Shown here one piece after another: positions 58,260 to 64,000 of a stretch of 64,000 bases of DNA. The stretch comes from the human T2T-CHM13v2.0 reference genome, Homo sapiens. The stretch lies in assembly GCF_009914755.1 (NCBI RefSeq), contig NC_060925.1. One strand, 5' to 3'. The notes below the pieces were generated by a model that saw nothing but the letters and a program-made list of their open reading frames with translations, did not search any database and was not told the DNA's origin. A program made the position numbers and the translations under genes. Within the stretch, counting starts at the first letter, position 1. Every line of letters starts with the position of its first letter.

Positions 58260-58419
58260 CTATCTAAGGGCTGTTGATTCTCTGGTCTATCATTCTGATA
58301 CCAGAACCTTAAAAAATTGTGAGTTGCAATCATCCCACCTTTGGACCAGAGTCAGCCAAGTGGAAGCAAGCATTATCAAGTAAGAGAATTTCAGAGATTC
58401 GCCAAAGTGAGAAGGGACA

Positions 58420-59580
58420 TTGCAATATCAAGACTTACTATAAAAATGTAGTAATCAAGACAGCATGATATTGACACAAAGGTTAATCGAACAATGGAAA
58501 AGAATGGAGGGTCAAGAAATAGATCGATACATGAGGAATTGATTTTTAATCAAGGTGTAAAACAATTTTCATTGGAGAATAGTCTTTTCAAAAAATGGTG
58601 CCAGAACAATTGGATATCCATATACCAAGTAAGTACTCCTATCCACAATATTGAAAAAGTAACTCAAAATGAATAATATACCTAAATGTTAAACCGAAAG
58701 CTATAGAACTTCAAGAAGAAAAGATAAAAGAAAATCTCTGTGATGGTATTTTAGAAAAAGAATTCCTAAATACAATACCAAAGTCACAATCCAAAAAACA
58801 AAAAGTGGTACATTGGATTTTATGAAAATTAAAAACTTCCCCTCTTCGAAAAACACTATTAAGAAAGTAAAAAAGACAAGCCACAGACCAAAAGATAATG
58901 TTTGTAAATCACAAACAAAGTGACTTGCAAATTACTTATCTGATAAAGGATGTGTATCTACAATATGTAAATAACTCTCAAGACGTAATTTGAAAAAAAT
59001 CATTTAAAAAATGGACAAAAGATTTAAGTAGACACTTCATCAGCAAACATGTGTGGATAGCAAATAAGCACATAAAAAGATATTCAACATCATTTGTCAC
59101 TAGGAAAATAAAAATTAATCACATTGAGATACTACTACATACCTATTAAAGTGGTTACAATTTAAAACACTGACCAAATATTCACAAGGACAGAAAAACT
59201 AGAATACTACTACACAATAAAAGTAATAAACTATTAATACATGCAACATGGATAAGTCACAAAATAACTATGCTGAATGAAAACAGCTGGACAAAAAAGA
59301 GTACACATTGTAAAGTTCTATTATACAAATTCTAGCAAATAAAATCCAATCCGTAATGACAGAAACTAGATTAGTAGTTTCCTGAAAATGGAAGAAGGTA
59401 GGGATAAAAAGGAAGAAGGCATTAAAAAGAGTCCCAAGCAATCCTTGGAGGTTGATGCCAATGGTCATTATCTTTCTGGTGGTAATAATTTCATATGTGT
59501 AGGATACATATGACAAAACTTATCAACTGTATTTGAAAATTATTGTATGTCAATTATATCTTAACATTGTTTAAACATTG
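58420..59580 (+). mobile_element. Old L1M (MC/MD/ME-type) ORF2 end and 3'UTR with an internal deletion
   Basis: 'caagacttactataaa..gtagtaatcaagacagcatg', 'agtcttttcaaaaaatggtgccagaacaattggatatcc'. Confidence 0.8.
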
Positions 59581-60519
59581 ATAGGTATTTAAGAATATAA
59601 GAAAAAGGAAAAATTCGGAAATAGTAAACTCCAAAAAATTCAAAAAGTAATACAAGAAAGAAGCTATTATCACAGTACACTATTTGATTCACCAATGAAT
59701 ATTTCAATAACTATGGAAATATAAATCTGAATATTTATTTAACCCAAATTATGATAGGGCTTTTTCTAGAAAAAGGAAAAGGGAGACTTGGAACACGGAT
59801 GGGTTGGAGGAACATCTAAGAGAGTTAATTATCTTAATAGACTATAACAAGAAGTCAAAAGATAACCATAAAACTACAAAATCAAGAAATATATGATATG
59901 CAGATTATTTAGAGACATAGCGGTAAGAATCAGAAGCAATGACTGAAAGAGTTGAAGCCATTTACTTCTTGAGAGGACTGGGGAATAGAAGTAGTAAGGA
60001 AAAGGACCACTGATTTTAGCACACACTCATATACACACAGGCACACACGTACATGTGTATATAACCTATGGTGCCATTTCATTTGACTTAACAAATAGAT
60101 CATAGGCAATGCTGCGTGAATATTTTTCTATTTCTGTATAACCCAGACTTCATGATTGAATGGTAAACATGCCTTGGAAGTTAGAGAACACAAATTGCTC
60201 TGGATACAGTTTAGAGATATATCTCTCCTGGAGCCATTTGCTTACATCCCAAGGGTAATAAACAGAAACAACTTACCCCTTTCTTCCAGAGATATTTGCT
60301 TACAATCCAGAGTAATTCTCTCCCTTCTGCTGAGATTTGTTTACAGAGTAAAGTTTTGTCTCTCTTTCTAGTGGGAGAAGGGGTACATGTACCAGCTGCC
60401 CAATATAGCACTAAGTCTCATGATTTCAGGGTTTTTCTCCTGTGTGCCAAACCCTAGCACATGCACGTAAACATCTGGGCCTCATCAAGTTCCTTTGTGG
60501 AGAATTGGGGCACAGATAA

Positions 60520-61362
60520 CCTTAAAACCACACAAGCATATTATCTCACAGTTTCTATGAATCAGAGGTTTGAGTATGGGTTGGTTGGATTCTCTGCTAG
60601 GGTCTCACCAGGCTGAAATCAAATGGTTACAATTTAAAAGACTGACCAAATCAAATATTCACAAGGACAGAAAAACTAGAATACTACTACACAATAAAAG
60701 TAATAAACTATTAATACATGCAACACAGATGAGTCATAAAATAACTATGCTGAATGAAAACAGCCAGAAAAAAAGAGTATAGATTGTAAAGTTCTATTAT
60801 ACAAATTATAGCAAATAAAATCCAATCTGTAGTGACAGAAAGTAGATTAGATGTAAGGTTTCAAGATCACTTTTAAGATAACTGGTTGTTGACAGTACTG
60901 AATTCCTTGCAGTTGTATGACTGAGTTCTTATTTTCTTGTTGGTTGCTGAACAAGAACCTCTCTCAGCTTCTAGAGACCACTCTCAGGTCTTTGCCACAC
61001 AGCCCCCTCCATAAGCAGTTAATGAGGTAATTTGCTTCTTAAAGGCCAGCAAGGAAAATCTCCCTCATGCTTCTGATCTCTTTTTTTAAGAAGGGTCCAG
61101 TTCCTTGTAAGTACTTGCCTGAATAAGTCAGGTCCACCCAGAATAATGTCTCTTTTGATTAAATCAAACTCGACTAATTTTGGATGTTAATTACATCTGA
61201 AACTCATTTCATCTTTGTCTTATAATGTATTCTAACCATGGGAGTGAAATCCTTTATAGTCACAGTCTCAGTCACACTAAAGGGGAGAGGTTGATGCAGG
61301 CTGTGTATACTAGAGTACAAGGAATTGTGGGAGCCATCTTAGAGTTCTGGGTGCCACATTCT
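60520..61362 (-). mobile_element. MLT1E/F-like MaLR LTR interrupted by a copied L1 segment
   Basis: 'ttatctcacagtttctatgaatcag', 'ggtctcaccaggctgaaatcaa', 'tcaggtccacccagaataat', 'gccatcttagagttctg'. Confidence 0.75.
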
Positions 61363-61455
61363 ACGATTCAGCATACCTATAGACACAGGTCCAAAGAGGC
61401 AAGTACAAGGATGCTCATCACAACCTTGTTGGTAACATAAAAACTCATTACCTCC

Positions 61456-61820
61456 TGATATGTTCTGAATGTTTGTATCCCCACAAAATTTATATATTGA
61501 AACCGAATGCCAGTATGATAGCATTAAGAGATAGACATTTGGGAGGTGAATAAGTCATGAGGCCAAAGCTCTCATGAATGGGGATTGTGCCCTTATAGAA
61601 GCGGTTTGAGGGAGTTTGTTCTCCCCTTCCACCATGTGAGGATAGAGCAAGAAGGTGTCTGCCATCTTTGAAGCAGAGACTAGGCCCTCACCAGTACCCC
61701 CAATCTGTTGGAGCCTTTATCCTGGATTTCCCAGCCTCCAGAACTATAAGCAATAAATTTCCATTGTTATAAATTACCCAGTCTAAGGTATTTATTATAG
61801 CAGCCTTAAAGGAGTAAGAA
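61456..61820 (+). mobile_element. MLT1A/MSTD-like MaLR solo LTR
   Basis: 'tgatatgttctgaatgtttgtatcccc...ccagcctccagaactataagcaataaatt...ttatagcagcc'. Confidence 0.85.
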
Positions 61821-62007
61821 AGCTGTCATCCAAACGTCCAAAATAAGAAACATATAAATAAAATGAGAAATATTTTTATGTTGGAACATGACATAAAAGT
61901 TCAGCAGGAAAAATAAATAGGTAGGTAAATTATATGCATCTTAACATGCATATTTCTTGTTTCACTGAATATGGCAGTGAATGAAATAATAAAGTTAGGG
62001 GAATTTG

Positions 62008-64000
62008 GAGGAATTATGGTGGATGGGAGGCAGGACTAGACTGCAGCTCTCATGCAAACAGAGCAGTGTGTGGAAACTCACATCATGAACTTTTGCTCCA
62101 GAACTACTGCAGGGATAAACCAGAAAAGCTGAGAGAACTCACAGACCCTATGAAGGAAGTAGATTGCTCCTGCAGGACCCAGGAGACATCTCAAATATTG
62201 TGGGTGCCCAAGCTGTGGAAATAGGAAAGAGGAATTGTCCATCCCTGAACACACACCCTCACTGGGGAACCTGAAGGTCTAGATCATGGGAAAAGATTCT
62301 GGCCTTACCTGGACCTGAGTCAATTTAGAGAGCCAAGGGAAATACAGGGTTAACGAAGCAGTGGGAAACGTCCTGTGGACTCTCTGGGTCTCCTGGGAAG
62401 CCATTTCTGCCTTGTCTCACAGGGGTCCCTAGGGAGGGCTGCCAGAGGAACTGGGAAAGGTTGACAGGGAAAAGACAGTCTCCACCTGAACTTTGTAACA
62501 ATTCCACCCAAACACGAAGTCTCTTGGCCTGAGCTTGGGGGAGGGTGTGACTCTGGTGTGCAGACTCCACAGGTGGGGAAGCATGAAAGCCCTGCTTGCT
62601 TTTGCACCTGGGAGACTGGTAGCCTGGGCAAATTCTCAGCCCTGCTCATGCACTGCCTGGAAACAGACTTGGTGCTATTGGTGGGGGCACTGTGGGAGTG
62701 AGACCGGCCTTTTGCATTGTGTGGGAGCTGGGTGAGGCCTGTGACTGCCGGCTTTTTCCCACTTTTCTGTCAACCTGCATGACAAAGCAAAGGCAGCCAT
62801 AGTCATCCTGAAAACATAACTCCTTTGACCTGGGAACCACATCCCCATCCCCCACAGCAGCTGTGGCAAGACCCACCCAAGCGGAGAGTCTGAGCTCAGA
62901 CACGCCTAGCTCTGCCCCCACCTGATGGTCCTTCCCTACCCACCCTGGTCGCTGAAGACAAAGGGCATATACTCTTGGGAGTTCTAGGGCCCTACCCACT
63001 GCCTGACCCTCCCTATACTACCACAGCTGATGTTTTCTTGAAAGCACCACCTTCTAGCAGGAGGCCAACCAGCACAAATATAGTGCATTAAACAACAAAA
63101 GCTAAGGACCCTCGTAGAGTTCATTTTGTTCCTGACACCTGCAGATGGTACACATCACAGGACTCTGTGCAGACAACCCCCAGTACCAGCCCAGAGCCTG
63201 GTAGACCTGCTAGGTGACTAGATCCAGAAAAGAGATAACAATCACTACAGCTCAGCTCTCAGAAAGCCACATTCCTAGGAAAGCCAGGAGAGTACTACAT
63301 CAAGGGAACACCTGTGGGACAAAAGAGTCAGAACAGCAGCCTTGAGCCCTAGACCTTCCCTCTGACAGAGCCTACCCAAATGAGAAGGACCCACAAAAAC
63401 AATTCTGGTAACATGACAAAACAAGGTTCTTTAACAGCCCCCTAAAAAAATCACACTAGCTCACCAGCAATGGATCCAAACCAAGAAGAAATCCCTGATT
63501 TACCTGAAAAACAATCCAGAAGGTCAGTTATTAAGCTAATCAAGGAGGCACCAGAGAAAGGTAAAGTCTAATTTAAGGAAATCAAAAAAATGATACAAGA
63601 AATGAGGGAAGAAATCTTCAGTGAAATAGATAGCATAAATTAAAAACAATTAAAACTTCAGGAAATATTGACACTCTTAGAGAAATGCGAAATGTTCTGA
63701 AAAGTCTCAACAATAGAATCGAACAAGCAGGAGAAAGAGCTTCAGAGCTTGAAGACAAGGTTTTTGAATTAACTCAATCCAACAAAGTCAAAGATAAAGG
63801 AATAAGGCAAATGAAAAAAGCTTCCAAGAAGTTTGGGACTATGTTAAATGACCAAACCTAAGAATAACTGGCATTCCTGAGGAAGAAGAGAAATCTAAAA
63901 GTTTGGAAAACATCTTTGGGGGATTAATCAAGGAAAATTTCCCCAGTCTAGCTAGAGATCTAGACATCCAAAAACAAGAGGCTCAAAGAACACCTGGGAA
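62008..64000 (+). mobile_element. L1PB-type 5'UTR and start of a disrupted ORF1; continues beyond the window
   Basis: 'atggtggatgggaggcaggactagactgcagctc' (L1PBa-like 5' end); ORF1 start near 63380 'atgagaagg...caatggatccaaaccaagaagaaatccc'. Confidence 0.88.

Noticed and set aside
62325-62999. GC-richer stretch with several antisense ORFs (possible promoter or ORF0-like)
   Set aside because: It is the CpG-decayed L1PB 5'UTR; there is no evidence that the ORFs are functional.

Overview
Primate (human-like) genomic DNA, AT-rich, CpG-depleted and with no CpG island; it looks intronic or intergenic. Well over half is interspersed repeat: a near full-length old L1 (L1MA-type, 4.7-11.8 kb), several truncated L1s including a twin-primed 5'-inverted L1PA (29.9-31.4 kb), the 5' end of an L1PB-type element running off the right edge, about 12 Alus/FLAMs, MaLR LTRs (THE1/MST/MLT1), a decayed ERVL provirus (24.6-28.4 kb), a MER50 LTR with nested MER4A1 and Alu, DNA transposons (MER58, MER44/Tigger7, MER2B, Tigger3, MER5A, MADE1) and many MIR/L2 relics. 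Subfamily names come from my recall of consensus sequences, not from a search. No protein-coding gene is recognisable: the listed ORFs are L1/Alu-derived or chance ORFs. I found no evidence of a new biological system. The most notable observations are: two locally templated insertions (about 170-230 bp copied from 1.3-1.5 kb away); an ~800-bp mini-L1 with both termini and a TSD; an extended MADE1 hairpin; a recent 70-bp tandem duplication; a close inverted AluY pair; and strong candidate splice signals suggesting unidentified, probably non-coding, exons on both strands.
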